NCBI GenBank assembly: GCA_963722585.1
Contig: CAVRNU010000048.1
Span: 87,136 to 151,135, forward strand
Length of the DNA stretch: 64,000 nt
Direction of reading: 5' to 3'
Origin: Bryobacterales bacterium
GTDB taxonomy: Bacteria; Acidobacteriota; Terriglobia; Bryobacterales; Bryobacteraceae
Shown here: positions 42,886 through 53,562 of the stretch, one piece after another
Numbering within the stretch: position 1 is the first letter of the stretch
Layout of the letters: the number at the start of each line of letters is the position of its first letter
Notes under the pieces: generated by a model
What the model was told of the DNA's origin: nothing
Database searches by the model: none
Seen by the model: the letters and a program-made list of their open reading frames with translations, nothing else
Made by a program: the position numbers and the translations under genes

Positions 42886-44664
42886 TTGTTCCACGTGTTT
42901 TTTCATGGGATCTATGAGCGCGTTCTCGGATTCCTAGCGTTGGCGCTGGTGCTGAACGGCATCGACGACCTTGTTCCGGCCTTGATCTGTCTGTGGAACT
43001 GGTTCCGGCCGGGCAACTCGAATGCCGATGCGCTCGACCGAAAGACACAGCGAAGGCTCGCGATTTTTGTGCCCTGCTGGCGCGAAGCCGACGTGATCGG
43101 CCAGATGGTGCGCCACAATGTCGCCGCCATCAAGTATCAGAAATACGATTTCTTCCTGGGTGTTTATCCCAACGATGAGGCAACCATCGAGGTGACGCGT
43201 GCGCTGGCGGCGCAGATCAAGAATGTGCATGTCGCACTCTGCCCTAACAACGGACCGACCTCGAAGGCCGATTGCCTGAATGCCATCTATCAGCGGATGC
43301 TCGATCACGAAGCGCAAAGGAACATTCATTTCGACACCGTCGTGATTCACGATGCCGAGGATCTGATCCATCCCGAGGCTCTTGATCTCATCAATCGAGA
43401 GCGCGTCCAGTACGACATGGTGCAAGTGCCGGTGCTACCGCTGCCCACTCCTCCCGGCGAGTTCACTCATGGCGTTTATTGCGACGATTTTGCCGAGTAT
43501 CAGGCCATCGACATGCGTGCCCGGCAGATCAGCGGTTCTTTCATTCCTTCAAACGGCGTGGGCACCGGTTACTCGCGTAAAATTCTGGACCGGATGGCGA
43601 GCCTCAACCGCGGTATTGTGTTCGAGCCGAGCAGTCTGACAGAGGACTATGACAGCGGCATAAGGATCTTCGAGCTTGGCTTCTCGCAGAAATTCTGCTC
43701 ACTAAGAAAGACCGACGGAGACTACCTCGCCACACGCGAGTATTTTCCACGCCGCTTTCACGCGGCAGTGCGGCAGCGCACGCGATGGCTGATGGGGAAC
43801 GCGCTGCAAAGCTGGGAGCGACATGGCTGGCGCGGATCGTTTGCGGTCAGGTACTGGCTGTGGCGCGATCGCAAGGGTCTGATGGCGAATCCAATCGGGC
43901 TTGCGACGAACATTCTCTTCATCGCCGGCATGGTGACATGGTGCTGGAGCAGTGTCTCGCGGCATCCCTGGCTGCTCGAGGTCGAGACGGGCTGGGTTTT
44001 GAAACTCTGCGCGGCAACGCTGGGCCTGCAATGCTTCCGTCTGACCGTGCGCATGGAATGCGTGCGGCGGATCTTCGGGCTCCCGATCGCGCTGCTCGTG
44101 CCGATCCGCTCGTTTCATGCGAACTTAATCAATGCATTATCGACCTGGCAGGCAATCGAGCGGTATGTGAAAGCGAGGATGCATGGCCGGTCGCTGGCGT
44201 GGCTGAAAACAGAGCACGCCTATCCGAATCAGGAGTCGCGAGCCGCGCGGCACCGGTCAATCGAAGAGGTGCTGGTGGGCTCGGGAACGATGAGTCAGAC
44301 AAAGCTTGAATCGCTACAGAAACGTTTAGGCCAGGAGGCCGAACTGTCAGACTATTTGGTCCACTCCGGCGAACTTTCGGAAGAAGAGCTCTCGGAAACA
44401 CTGGGGCTTAAATACGGGGTACCGTCCATTTATCTGGACCCACGCGATATCAATCCCGGCGTCGCACGTGTTTTGCCGGCCGAAACGCAGGCGGAGGCGC
44501 GGGTGATTCCGTTTCGCATCGAACGCGGCAGGCTTCTGATCGCGGGTCCGCAGCCGCTTGAATCCAGTGTTCTTCAATCGCTTCGGCGCTTCACGAAGCT
44601 CGAACTCGAGTTTCATCTGGTGACGTGGAGGAATTTTGAAGAGCTGCGCCGGGTGCTTGTGTAG
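42886..44664 (+). CDS. NfrB-like GT2 glycosyltransferase with C-terminal MshEN-like domain
   Basis: PCWREADVIG, PTSKADCLN, HDAED, SLTEDYD, RQRTRW; TM pair; tandem MshEN-like repeats plus P...A....VIPF. Confidence 0.85.
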   Translation: MFHVFFHGIYERVLGFLALALVLNGIDDLVPALICLWNWFRPGNSNADALDRKTQRRLAIFVPCWREADVIGQMVRHNVAAIKYQKYDFFLGVYPNDEATIEVTRALAAQIKNVHVALCPNNGPTSKADCLNAIYQRMLDHEAQRNIHFDTVVIHDAEDLIHPEALDLINRERVQYDMVQVPVLPLPTPPGEFTHGVYCDDFAEYQAIDMRARQISGSFIPSNGVGTGYSRKILDRMASLNRGIVFEPSSLTEDYDSGIRIFELGFSQKFCSLRKTDGDYLATREYFPRRFHAAVRQRTRWLMGNALQSWERHGWRGSFAVRYWLWRDRKGLMANPIGLATNILFIAGMVTWCWSSVSRHPWLLEVETGWVLKLCAATLGLQCFRLTVRMECVRRIFGLPIALLVPIRSFHANLINALSTWQAIERYVKARMHGRSLAWLKTEHAYPNQESRAARHRSIEEVLVGSGTMSQTKLESLQKRLGQEAELSDYLVHSGELSEEELSETLGLKYGVPSIYLDPRDINPGVARVLPAETQAEARVIPFRIERGRLLIAGPQPLESSVLQSLRRFTKLELEFHLVTWRNFEELRRVLV

Positions 44665-44667
44665 CCC

Positions 44668-44756
44668 GTGGCGCACGCTTCAGCGTGCTGCGGCGAACTT
44701 CAGTTCGCCGTCCCGTGGGCTGAAGACCCACGGCGGCACGCTAAAGCGTGCGCCAC
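44668..44756 (+). repeat. REP-like repeat, family A, with inverted partner (REPIN-like)
   Basis: GTGGCGCACGCTTCAGCGTGC...GCACGCTAAAGCGTGCGCCAC between convergent genes. Confidence 0.75.
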
Positions 44757-44769
44757 GTTCATCTAGCAT

Positions 44770-46107
44770 TTATGATATAGCCGCCGCCTGGATGGCGGCA
44801 ATCAGATCTCCTTCTTCGCGCGGATCGACGGTCCGGAGATCGGCAACGACATGGTCGTGCTCGATGCGGGTGATGACCGGCACGGGGGCTCGGCGCAATT
44901 TGCGCTCGAGACCGTCCGGGTCGTGGGTAGCGATCTCAATCAGCCAGGTCGGCAAGCTCTGGTCGGGTGTCGAACCACCGCCGATGGCCGACTCGCCCTC
45001 TCGAACCCTCGTATGCAAGGGAGCCAACCGCGCGGCGACACGCTCGGCGCGGGAGCGGATCTCGTCAGCTGATTGGAAGATCATTCTCAGTGTGGGAATG
45101 GCATTCCAATCTTCCGCGAGCAGTCTCAGCAAAGTCGCCGACACCGTCTCAATCGCAAGCTTGTCGCACCGCAGCGCGCGGTACATGGGGTTGCGCCGCA
45201 CGCGCTGAACAAATTCCGCGTCTCCGGCAATGATGCCCGACTGCGGTCCGCCTAGCAGCTTATCGCAACTGAAGGAAACGATGTTGATGCCGGCGGCGAA
45301 GCTTTCGGACACCAGCGGCTCATGAATGTCTCGATGGCGCAAGTCCACCAGACATCCGCTCCCTAGATCTTCATAGACAGGTACGCCTGTTTCGCGGCCC
45401 AGAGCAGCCAGTTCAGCGGGAGATGGCCGCGCCGTGAAGCCGACCTGATGGAAGTTCGACGGATGAACACGAAGAATGAGGCGCGTGCGCTCATTGATCG
45501 CTCGCCGGTAATCGTCGACATGAGTTCGATTTGTCGTGCCAACTTCATGCAAAATGGCTCCCGATTGCCACATGATCTCGGGAATGCGGAAGCCGTCGCC
45601 AATCTCAATGAGTTCGCCGCGCGAAACAATCACTTCGTTTCCGGCCGCCAGTTCGCGCAGAACAAGGTAAACCGCGGCGGCATTGTTATTCACCAGTATG
45701 GCGGGGCGTCCGATCAGACGTTCGATCAGCGGGCAAGCGTGCATGTCGCGTTTGCCGCGCTTTCCGGCCTTTAGGTCGTACTCGAGATTGCAGTAGCCTG
45801 CGATGGGACGCAGTTCGTCAAGAGGCGCGCGACCCAGATTCGTATGCAGCACCACTCCGGTGGCGTTGATGACACGCCGCAAAGAAGGAGTCAAGAGGCG
45901 CTTCAAACGGCCCTCAACCAGCGCGGAAATAGGAGCTGCGTCGTAGGGTAACTGATTCAAAAGGGCGTTGCGGCGTTCGGCCAAGACGCCGCGGGTTTCC
46001 GCGGCCAACAAGGCGTGCGGCAGATCTTTGAGGTGCGTCAATTGCCGCAAGACTTCGTCAACGGAAGGAAGAAATCGCAGCTCCTGGGACTCTGTTACAG
46101 ATGCCAC
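44770..46107 (-). CDS. selA: L-seryl-tRNA(Sec) selenium transferase
   Basis: RVINATGVVLHTNLGRAPL, NLEYDL..GKRG.R, VSRGELIEIGDGFRIPEI, EDLGSG, SCDKLLGGPQ. Confidence 0.95.
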   Translation of the reverse strand: MASVTESQELRFLPSVDEVLRQLTHLKDLPHALLAAETRGVLAERRNALLNQLPYDAAPISALVEGRLKRLLTPSLRRVINATGVVLHTNLGRAPLDELRPIAGYCNLEYDLKAGKRGKRDMHACPLIERLIGRPAILVNNNAAAVYLVLRELAAGNEVIVSRGELIEIGDGFRIPEIMWQSGAILHEVGTTNRTHVDDYRRAINERTRLILRVHPSNFHQVGFTARPSPAELAALGRETGVPVYEDLGSGCLVDLRHRDIHEPLVSESFAAGINIVSFSCDKLLGGPQSGIIAGDAEFVQRVRRNPMYRALRCDKLAIETVSATLLRLLAEDWNAIPTLRMIFQSADEIRSRAERVAARLAPLHTRVREGESAIGGGSTPDQSLPTWLIEIATHDPDGLERKLRRAPVPVITRIEHDHVVADLRTVDPREEGDLIAAIQAAAIS

Positions 46108-46298
46108 TCTTCCAACTTACAGCGTATAGTGGGGCGATTGGGAGAGGCTTTTGCCCGCTGAAGTACTACGCGAGCAAATTTGGCGGCCAGATTCGCCGCT
46201 CCATTCGGCGCTGTAACAGTATGAATGCCTGTTAAACTGAGGCTTGATCAGGCGCTGTTTTAAGCGCACAGCGCTATTGTACGGAGTTTTCACGCTAG

Positions 46299-46856
46299 AT
46301 GATTGCTGCTACTCAGATTCGACCGGGCATGGTGGTCAAGTTTAACAACGAACTTCACTCGGTCTTCAGCATGGTTCACCGGACGCCGGGCAACCTGCGC
46401 GGCTTTGTACAAGCCAAGATGCGAAACCTGCGAACGGGTTCGATGACCGAACACCGTTTCTCGTCCGAAGACAAGATCGAGCGCGTCGCCCTCGATGAGC
46501 AGGAAATGGAGTATCTGTATGACGATGGCGAAGATTTCTATTTCATGAATACAGAAACGTTCGAGCAGATGCACTTGAATAAAGACGTTCTGGGCGACGG
46601 CGTTCAATACCTGGTTCCGAACATGAAGGTGGCTGTCGAGTTTTACGAAGGCAAGCCGATCAGCGTGGAACTTCCACCCAGCGTGGAGCTAAAGGTGGTT
46701 GAAACAGAACCCGGAATAAAGGGCGCCTCCGTATCGAACGTGACCAAGCCGGCCAAACTCGAAACCGGTCTGGTGGTCCAGGTGCCTCCATTCATCAACC
46801 AGGGCGAGCTTATTCGGGTGAGCACTTCGGAAGGAATCTACCTCGAACGGGCCTGA
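46299..46856 (+). CDS. efp: Elongation factor P
   Basis: [35 protein letters not shown]. Confidence 0.97.
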   Translation: MIAATQIRPGMVVKFNNELHSVFSMVHRTPGNLRGFVQAKMRNLRTGSMTEHRFSSEDKIERVALDEQEMEYLYDDGEDFYFMNTETFEQMHLNKDVLGDGVQYLVPNMKVAVEFYEGKPISVELPPSVELKVVETEPGIKGASVSNVTKPAKLETGLVVQVPPFINQGELIRVSTSEGIYLERA

Positions 46857-46887
46857 GCACGGGCCATTCGAGCGTATCTATCTGTGA

Positions 46888-48144
46888 ATGGGATCGCCGC
46901 GAATCGCGTTTCTCCTTGCGACGCTTGTGGCTGCGGCATATGCGCCGTTTCTATCTTTTCCGTTCATCGCCAATAGCTTTATCGAAATTCCGGTTTCCCG
47001 GATTCTGGGCTCCTTGCCGGGCTTGACGCCACTCATCACAAACCCGAACTGGCATTTCCGGATCGTGTACGTGTTGGCCAATTCGTGGATCGAGCAGATA
47101 TTTGGCTTCGCACCAAAACCTTTCTATGTGGCAAGCCTCTGTCTTCATGCGTGTTGCGTACTTTTGGTCTACGGCTTGGGCCGGTGGCGCGCTCTTCCAT
47201 CCCCCGCGGCTCTATGGTCGGCCGGTTTCTTCGCCGTATATCAGGCTCATCACGGCGCAATTGTTTCGCTTGCCTGCTGGCCCGATCTGCTCACCACTCT
47301 GTTCGCTTGCGCTTCATTTTATTGTTGGATTCGCTGGTTCCAGGGAAATTCTAAGACGAGCTATGCGTTGGCGTTCGTGTGGTATTTGGCAGCGCTTGGC
47401 GCGAGCGAATCCGGTTTCATCGCGGTGCTGTTGCTGACGCTGCCTTTCTTTACCGCGGAGTCAATTAGCAGGATGAAGATGCTCTCGCTGATTCCGTTTG
47501 GAGCCTTGGCTTTGGCGGCGATTGCGATTCAATTGAGTTTTCGGCCAAGGCCTGTGGCTTGGAGCGATAGCCTTCCTCCGCTCGATTCGTGGTGGATAAC
47601 GCTCGCTTGGGCAGTCGTGGCATGCGTGTTCGTCTGGTTTGCGCGCGCGCTCGAGTCTTGGAAACTGCTGGCGGCAGGCGCCGGCTGGATGCTGGCAGTG
47701 TTCCTGGATGGTCTGTATGTGTCGCATGTCTTGCACGTTTCCGGCTCTACTAACTACCTGGCGAGCGTAGGCCTGGCGCTGATGGTGGGAACTGGATTCT
47801 CAAAACTTCAGCGCAGATTGCCGTTGTCCGCGGCAGCTGCTATCGCTGTCGCTGTGATAGTCATCAATGTCGGCGTGTTGTGGACAAAATCGCGGCGGCA
47901 GATGCTCGGTTTCGCCGCGCCGACCCGAACGCTGATCAATGCAGCCGCGTTTGCGCGGGGCCCCGTAGAATTGTCCTGTTTCCCCTACTCGTTCGAAGTT
48001 GCCCAAGCGGCAATCGGATCGATAGGCGGGCAAATTTCAGCGCAGAAGCGTGAGGCCGATATCAAAACGCCGCACTGCGTCTCGTTCCGGTACCGGGATT
48101 CGCTCGGAAACGTGCGGCAGGTCTTCCTGCATTCGGCCATTTGA
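46888..48144 (+). CDS. Multi-TM membrane protein, possible GT-C-fold glycosyltransferase
   Basis: About 11 TM helices; FRIV...N, LHACCVLLVY, SESGFI resemble the GT39-like pattern. Confidence 0.5.
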   Translation: MGSPRIAFLLATLVAAAYAPFLSFPFIANSFIEIPVSRILGSLPGLTPLITNPNWHFRIVYVLANSWIEQIFGFAPKPFYVASLCLHACCVLLVYGLGRWRALPSPAALWSAGFFAVYQAHHGAIVSLACWPDLLTTLFACASFYCWIRWFQGNSKTSYALAFVWYLAALGASESGFIAVLLLTLPFFTAESISRMKMLSLIPFGALALAAIAIQLSFRPRPVAWSDSLPPLDSWWITLAWAVVACVFVWFARALESWKLLAAGAGWMLAVFLDGLYVSHVLHVSGSTNYLASVGLALMVGTGFSKLQRRLPLSAAAAIAVAVIVINVGVLWTKSRRQMLGFAAPTRTLINAAAFARGPVELSCFPYSFEVAQAAIGSIGGQISAQKREADIKTPHCVSFRYRDSLGNVRQVFLHSAI

Positions 48145-48180
48145 GGCCGACGAGGACGAGGGTGCTGAAAAATGCCGAAC

Positions 48181-48260
48181 ACCGCTTGCTCACGCGCGCG
48201 GTTCAGAAATGCGATCGCGTGTTCACGACAGCTTACGGAACCGCGACCGCGAGGGAGCGG
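48181..48260. repeat. REP family B inverted doublet (REPIN-like)
   Basis: ACCGCTTGCTCACGCGCGCGGTTC ... GAACCGCGACCGCGAGGGAGCGG. Confidence 0.7.
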
Positions 48261-48361
48261 CCTCAGTCAGGCCTTTTTCGGCACTCTCGAGAACGTCGGC
48301 CGCGGGCAAGGACGCCCGCCCCACAAACTCCAAATTGCGCTACGCTAAGGTCGGATCGCAA

Positions 48362-48628
48362 ATGAACCGGTTTGAACGCCAGTCGGAACAGACGCGGCGG
48401 CGCTCTCTTCAGAATTCGATGCTGCTGTGGAGCACAGGCGGCATCCTGTTGATTGCCGTGCTGGCGCTGCTCGGTTTCTCGACCGGAGCTAACCGGGAAT
48501 TTTGGAAAGGCGCCGCAATTGTCGTGGCAGTTTTCCTTCTGATCGTGCGCCAGGTAGGGCGCCGGATCAAAGTCAGCCGCTCGAAGGCTGCGAAACCCGA
48601 CGACCGATCGATGCTTCACCTCGACTGA
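48362..48628 (+). CDS. Small membrane hypothetical protein
   Basis: Two TM helices; C-terminal LHLD. Confidence 0.55.
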   Translation: MNRFERQSEQTRRRSLQNSMLLWSTGGILLIAVLALLGFSTGANREFWKGAAIVVAVFLLIVRQVGRRIKVSRSKAAKPDDRSMLHLD

Positions 48629-48674
48629 CATCCCGAATTTCGAAACAGGTTCCGGTAACATCAAAGAATCTGGC

Positions 48675-49178
48675 ATGAAGTTCATTTTCGGGCTCGTTGT
48701 CGGAATGCTCAGCATTCCGTTCTTCGCTTACTGCTACTTCAAACTTGGGATGGCGCCTGTTGCCGCAAAAGACGGGACAATGCCGTTTGAGGGATGGGCT
48801 GCCAAAACAGCGCTTCACACGAGAATCGACAAAGAAATGCCTCGATCCGCGCCGATTCCCGCCTCGGCCGAAAATCTGGTCGCTGGAGCCAAGGTCTACA
48901 AAGAGAACTGCGCCGAGTGCCATGGGTTTAAGGGCCAGGAACAGACGGCGGCCGCCAAGGGCATGTTCCCCAAAGCGCCTCACCTGTTTCATGGGCATGG
49001 TGTGACCGACGACCCGGCCGGCGAGACGTACTGGAAAGCGGCGTACGGCATCCGGCTTTCTGGTATGCCGGCTTTCAAAGGTTCGCTCACGGACGAGCAG
49101 TTGTGGCAGGTAAGCCTGATGCTCGCTAATGCGGACAAGCTGCCCGCCGATGCCGAGCCAATTGTCGAGGAGAAATAG
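48675..49178 (+). CDS. Class I c-type cytochrome, membrane anchored
   Basis: CAECH, GIRLSGMPAF axial Met. Confidence 0.85.
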   Translation: MKFIFGLVVGMLSIPFFAYCYFKLGMAPVAAKDGTMPFEGWAAKTALHTRIDKEMPRSAPIPASAENLVAGAKVYKENCAECHGFKGQEQTAAAKGMFPKAPHLFHGHGVTDDPAGETYWKAAYGIRLSGMPAFKGSLTDEQLWQVSLMLANADKLPADAEPIVEEK

Positions 49179-49744
49179 TGGCTCACAAAATTGGCTTACT
49201 GATTCTGACCATTGCGATTGCGACTGGCTGCGCCAACCGGGCGAAGAACCTTCCGGTCTATGGGACAGTCCCCGAGTTCCGGCTAACGGATTCCTGCGGA
49301 CAGCCCTTTGATAGCCGTTCGCTCGATGGGAAGGTGTGGGTTGCCGATTTCATCTACACCCGCTGCCCAGGGCCATGCCCGCGAATGACCTCGCAAATGC
49401 ATGCGGTCGAAAAAAAAGTGAAGAGCGAAGGCGATGTCCGCCTGATCTCGTTCACTGTCGATCCCGCGCACGATACGCCCGCCGTTCTCAACGATTATGC
49501 GCATCTATTTGGGGCGCCAACCCGGCAATGGTATTTCCTAACCGGATCTCCCGAAACGCTGCATCAGTTGGCCAGAAACGTATTTATGGTCGGCGATTTA
49601 GTGGGAGTGATGGATCACAGCACAAGATTCATCCTGGTCGACGAGAAACGGCGGATACGAGGCTTTTATTCTACGCTTGATGCGGGCGGAATCGACCCAT
49701 TGATAGGCGATGTGAATGCGCTGAAACGCGCCGCGCGCTCGTAG
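49178..49744 (+). CDS. SCO family copper chaperone lipoprotein
   Basis: Lipobox ATGC, FIYTRCPGPC, VDPAHDTP, DHSTRFILVD. Confidence 0.92.
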   Translation: MAHKIGLLILTIAIATGCANRAKNLPVYGTVPEFRLTDSCGQPFDSRSLDGKVWVADFIYTRCPGPCPRMTSQMHAVEKKVKSEGDVRLISFTVDPAHDTPAVLNDYAHLFGAPTRQWYFLTGSPETLHQLARNVFMVGDLVGVMDHSTRFILVDEKRRIRGFYSTLDAGGIDPLIGDVNALKRAARS

Positions 49745-49762
49745 AATAGAGCTAGGAAACTT

Positions 49763-50143
49763 ATGGCTGACGAAGCGGATGAAAAATCGTTCGAAATGCC
49801 GCTGCCCCCCGCGGATTTTTCTTTTCTGGTGAGTTCGTTAATGTTCCAGGCGCAGCTCGAGCTGGGATTGCTGCATATAGGAGACGAGCAGGCCCCGCCG
49901 GAGCCGAACTTGCCTCGCGCCAAGCATTCCATCGATTTACTCGGGGTGCTCGAAGAAAAGACTCGGGGCAACCTGTCGCTGGAGGAGCAGCGTCTGCTCG
50001 AAAACGGCCTGACCGAGCTGCGATTCCGGTTTGTGCAGGCTTCCGGCGAATCGAAGCGAAAACCGGGGAGCCAAGCGGAAGCGGAAGAGGATCGCCCCCG
50101 CATTATTACGGCAGATGGGGGCAAGGGGATCAAATCCGTTTAG
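49763..50143 (+). CDS. DUF1844 family protein
   Basis: F..LV.SL..QA...LG, AKHSIDLL.VL.EKT.GNL..EE..LL...L.EL...FV. Confidence 0.8.
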   Translation: MADEADEKSFEMPLPPADFSFLVSSLMFQAQLELGLLHIGDEQAPPEPNLPRAKHSIDLLGVLEEKTRGNLSLEEQRLLENGLTELRFRFVQASGESKRKPGSQAEAEEDRPRIITADGGKGIKSV

Positions 50144-50947
50144 ATGCTCGATCAATTCGAGCGGGCTTCGATTCTGGTCTTGGGCTCAGGGACGAGCATC
50201 GGCATCCCGATGATCGGGTGCCACTGCAAAACATGCCGCTCCGGCGACCCGCGCGATCAACGACTGCGTCCGAGCATTTTAATCAAACTCGATCAAAGCT
50301 GCGTTCTGATCGATACAGGGCCGGACTTTCGGACGCAAGCGCTCCGGCACGGCATTGAAAGGATCGACGCGGTTCTTTATACGCACTCTCATGCCGATCA
50401 TATTCTGGGTTTGGATGACCTACGGCCATTCAACTACATGCAGAGCTCGGATATTCCGATCTATGGTTCAGCGGAAACGCTCGAAGTAATCGAGCACACG
50501 TTCGAATACGTGTTCGATGGCAAGCCTTCCCAGTCGAGCCGTCCGAAACTTACTTCTATACGATGCAACGACGGCGATCGATTCAACATAGCGGGTCTCG
50601 AGTTCGAAGCCGTAAAAGCGTTTCACGGGAAGCTCGAGGTTTTCGGCTTCCGGTTCGCCGACTGTGCTTATCTGACAGACCATAGCTCGATTCCGGATCA
50701 ATCGATGCAACGGCTCCGCGATCTTGATGTCTTGTTTTTGGACGCTCTGCGATACAACGCGCATCCCACTCACCAGACAATTGAGCAATCGCTAAAAACC
50801 GTGCAAGAATTAAACCCGAAGCGGGCCTTCTTTACGCACATTTCACACGATGTACTCCATGCGCCGGCCGAAGCGCGTCTCCCGGAGCACGTGCGGCTAG
50901 CGTATGACGGATTAGAGATCCCCATCGGGAGAGCGGTTCAACCATGA
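50144..50947 (+). CDS. MBL-fold metallo-hydrolase (PhnP-like)
   Basis: LGSGTSIGIP.IGC.C..C, IDTGPDFR, THSHADH, THISH. Confidence 0.9.
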   Translation: MLDQFERASILVLGSGTSIGIPMIGCHCKTCRSGDPRDQRLRPSILIKLDQSCVLIDTGPDFRTQALRHGIERIDAVLYTHSHADHILGLDDLRPFNYMQSSDIPIYGSAETLEVIEHTFEYVFDGKPSQSSRPKLTSIRCNDGDRFNIAGLEFEAVKAFHGKLEVFGFRFADCAYLTDHSSIPDQSMQRLRDLDVLFLDALRYNAHPTHQTIEQSLKTVQELNPKRAFFTHISHDVLHAPAEARLPEHVRLAYDGLEIPIGRAVQP

Positions 50948-51909
50948 AGACCGTGTTCCGTTCTTTGACCGAAGCAACAGGTCGCTTTGGACCATGCGCG
51001 CTGACCATCGGCAATTTCGATGGCGTGCATCTCGGGCATCGAACGCTGATCCGTCAGACGCAGCAAGTTGCGCGAAATCGCGGCTGGCGCACGGGTGTTC
51101 TTACATTTGATCCTCATCCAGCTTTCGTCGTCGCGCCGGAGCGGGCCCCGCAAATGATCTGCTCTCTGCAAGACCGATTGCGCCTGCTCGAGGAGGCGGG
51201 AGCCGAGCGCATCTTAGTTTTGCCGTTTACGCGGGAGGTCGCCTTGATGGAGGCGCATGAGTTCATCGAGAAGGTGATGGTGGAAGCGCTCGAGGCCCGG
51301 GCCGTAGCAGTAGGGCAGAGTTTTCGATTTGGACGAAACCAGCGAGGCACTCCGGCAGTACTGGCCGAATTGGGCGCGAAGCACGGCTTCGAGTGCCACT
51401 TTTTGGCGCCCATCATGAACCGGGGAGAGATTATTTCGAGCACTGCGATTCGGCGGCGCCTGGCGGAAGGAAACGTGTCCCGAGCCGGGCGATTCCTGGG
51501 CCGCTGTTTCTCGATTACGGGAGACGTCGTTGAGGGACATGGTATCGGCTCGAAACAGACGGTGCCCACTCTAAACCTGAAGCCGGGTTCTGAGATTCTT
51601 CCGGCGCTCGGTGTTTACATTACCGAAACCGAGGATCTTTCGGACGGCCGCCGCTGGCGCTCGATAACAAACATAGGCACCAGACCCACGTTCGGCGGCG
51701 GCGGCGTGACGATTGAGACGTTTCTGCTTTCGCCATTCGATGGAGCGCCGCCGGAACACATCTCGATCCATTTACGCCGCTGGGTTCGCGCAGAGCGCAC
51801 GTTCCCCGATGCGCAATCGCTGCGTGCTCAGATCTTCAAGGATGTCGAGCGCGCAAATACCTACTGGCGCCGCCTGGGCCGGGTACATTCGATGGCCGGC
51901 TCGAATTAG
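50944..51909 (+). CDS. ribF: Bifunctional riboflavin kinase/FAD synthetase
   Basis: IGNFDGVHLGH, ISSTAIR, PTLNL, NIGTRPTF, IETFLL. Confidence 0.95.
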   Translation: MKTVFRSLTEATGRFGPCALTIGNFDGVHLGHRTLIRQTQQVARNRGWRTGVLTFDPHPAFVVAPERAPQMICSLQDRLRLLEEAGAERILVLPFTREVALMEAHEFIEKVMVEALEARAVAVGQSFRFGRNQRGTPAVLAELGAKHGFECHFLAPIMNRGEIISSTAIRRRLAEGNVSRAGRFLGRCFSITGDVVEGHGIGSKQTVPTLNLKPGSEILPALGVYITETEDLSDGRRWRSITNIGTRPTFGGGGVTIETFLLSPFDGAPPEHISIHLRRWVRAERTFPDAQSLRAQIFKDVERANTYWRRLGRVHSMAGSN

Positions 51910-51920
51910 CTAAGCGAGCG

Positions 51921-52439
51921 TCAGCGGGCGCGGCTGTTTGAAAGCTTAGCTTCATCGCCCGAGCTCTTGGTTGTCCATTGCTTGCCATCGGTAGACTCTG
52001 CCTCCTCGAAATGAATTTTGGTCTTGCCCGAAAATGTATTGGTCGTTCGATAGTATGTGGTTTTTCCGGCTTCCCGGCGGCTGCTGGTGAAAACCCATTG
52101 GTTACCTGAGATTTCGAGATCGTCGAGGCCGGTAGCACGTCCCTCGGGACGTATGGTCTGGGTGTGGAAATGGCCTGGCTTTTCCGTCGAGATCATAACC
52201 AGGAGTCCAACCGGCTTGCCGTTTACGGTCTGCTGGCAAGCGAAGTAGATGCCGAGTTGGGCACAGTCGTTAGTCAATTGATAGGGCTCGGCGGGCGCTC
52301 CAGCAGTTGGGTGGGTCACCTGCCATGAACCTTGGTACAACCACAAAGGACTGGGCGGAGCCCCGGAATGGGCTGCCTTGCCGGGCAAGCTGAGAACGCT
52401 CGCGAGCAGCGAAAGTGCCAGGAGAGACCTTCGAAGCAT
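51921..52439 (-). CDS. Exported hypothetical protein (beta-rich)
   Basis: Signal peptide, then YQGSW...S.DGKQW. Confidence 0.55.
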   Translation of the reverse strand: MLRRSLLALSLLASVLSLPGKAAHSGAPPSPLWLYQGSWQVTHPTAGAPAEPYQLTNDCAQLGIYFACQQTVNGKPVGLLVMISTEKPGHFHTQTIRPEGRATGLDDLEISGNQWVFTSSRREAGKTTYYRTTNTFSGKTKIHFEEAESTDGKQWTTKSSGDEAKLSNSRAR

Positions 52440-52521
52440 AAGATCCAGCGTATCTCCGGTGGGAGCGAGGCTGATTAGTTCGCGACTAGGATTGCGAGGA
52501 ATGACAATAGCAAGAGCAATT

Positions 52522-53562
52522 ATGCGAAATCTTTTTGGGATGATCCTCACGCTAGCATTCGTTACACTCGCTGTCATGGCAGAAGCTGAGACGCCCCCTC
52601 AGACGCAGATCTCTAACGGCGTGATCGCGGCCGCGATCTACTTACCCGATGGGCAGAAAGGTTATTATCGCGGTACGAGATTCGACTGGTCTGGAGTGAT
52701 TGGCCGTTTAGAGTACAGCGGCCATAATTACTACGGGCCCTGGTTCACGAAGACGGACCCGACAGTGATTGATTTTGTCTATCGGGGGCAAGACATCGTC
52801 GCCGGCCCTTGCAGCGCAATTACCGGACCGGTAGAAGAGTTCTCCTGGGAAGGAAAAGCACTCGACTACGAACAGGCCAAAGTGGGCGGAACGTTTGTGA
52901 AGATTGGCGTCGGCGTCTTGCGCAAGCCTGATGCGGAGAAATACAGTCCATACCGGCTGTACGAGATCGTGGATTCCGGCAAATGGAGCGTCAAAAAGGG
53001 CGCGGACCACGTCGAATTCACGCAAGAGTTGAAAGATCCGCGCTCGGGGTATGAATATCGATATTCGAAGATTGTGCGGCTCGTTGAAAATCGGCCTGAG
53101 ATGCTCATCGAGCATAAGCTTACGAACATTGGCCGGCGATCGATTCAAACGAGCGTTTACGACCATAACTTTCTGGTTCTGGATCACCAGCCGACCGGCC
53201 CGGACTTCACGATCACCCTTCCGTTCAACATTCAAACAGCAAGCCCTTTGAATCAGAAGATGGCGGAGGTACAGGGGAAACGGTTCCTTTACCGAAAAGT
53301 GCTCGAAAATCGGGATACGGTCGCGGCAGAACTTTCCGGATTCGGCAACGCGCCGGCAGATTACCGCATCGCAATCGAGAACAGCAAACTGAGAGCAGGC
53401 GTCAAAATCGCAGGCGACCGGCCGCTCTCACGCATGTACCTGTGGTCAATCCGTTCCGTTTTGGCGGTCGAGCCGTATATCGATATGTCAATCGAACCCG
53501 GCCACGATTTCAGTTGGACGTACCAATACAGTTATTATTCGCTTCCAGACAGCGGTAAATGA
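52522..53562 (+). CDS. Exported hypothetical protein, possibly aldose-epimerase-like beta-sandwich
   Basis: Signal peptide; GYYRGTRFDWSGVI, GPVEEF, YDHNF. Confidence 0.55.
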   Translation: MRNLFGMILTLAFVTLAVMAEAETPPQTQISNGVIAAAIYLPDGQKGYYRGTRFDWSGVIGRLEYSGHNYYGPWFTKTDPTVIDFVYRGQDIVAGPCSAITGPVEEFSWEGKALDYEQAKVGGTFVKIGVGVLRKPDAEKYSPYRLYEIVDSGKWSVKKGADHVEFTQELKDPRSGYEYRYSKIVRLVENRPEMLIEHKLTNIGRRSIQTSVYDHNFLVLDHQPTGPDFTITLPFNIQTASPLNQKMAEVQGKRFLYRKVLENRDTVAAELSGFGNAPADYRIAIENSKLRAGVKIAGDRPLSRMYLWSIRSVLAVEPYIDMSIEPGHDFSWTYQYSYYSLPDSGK

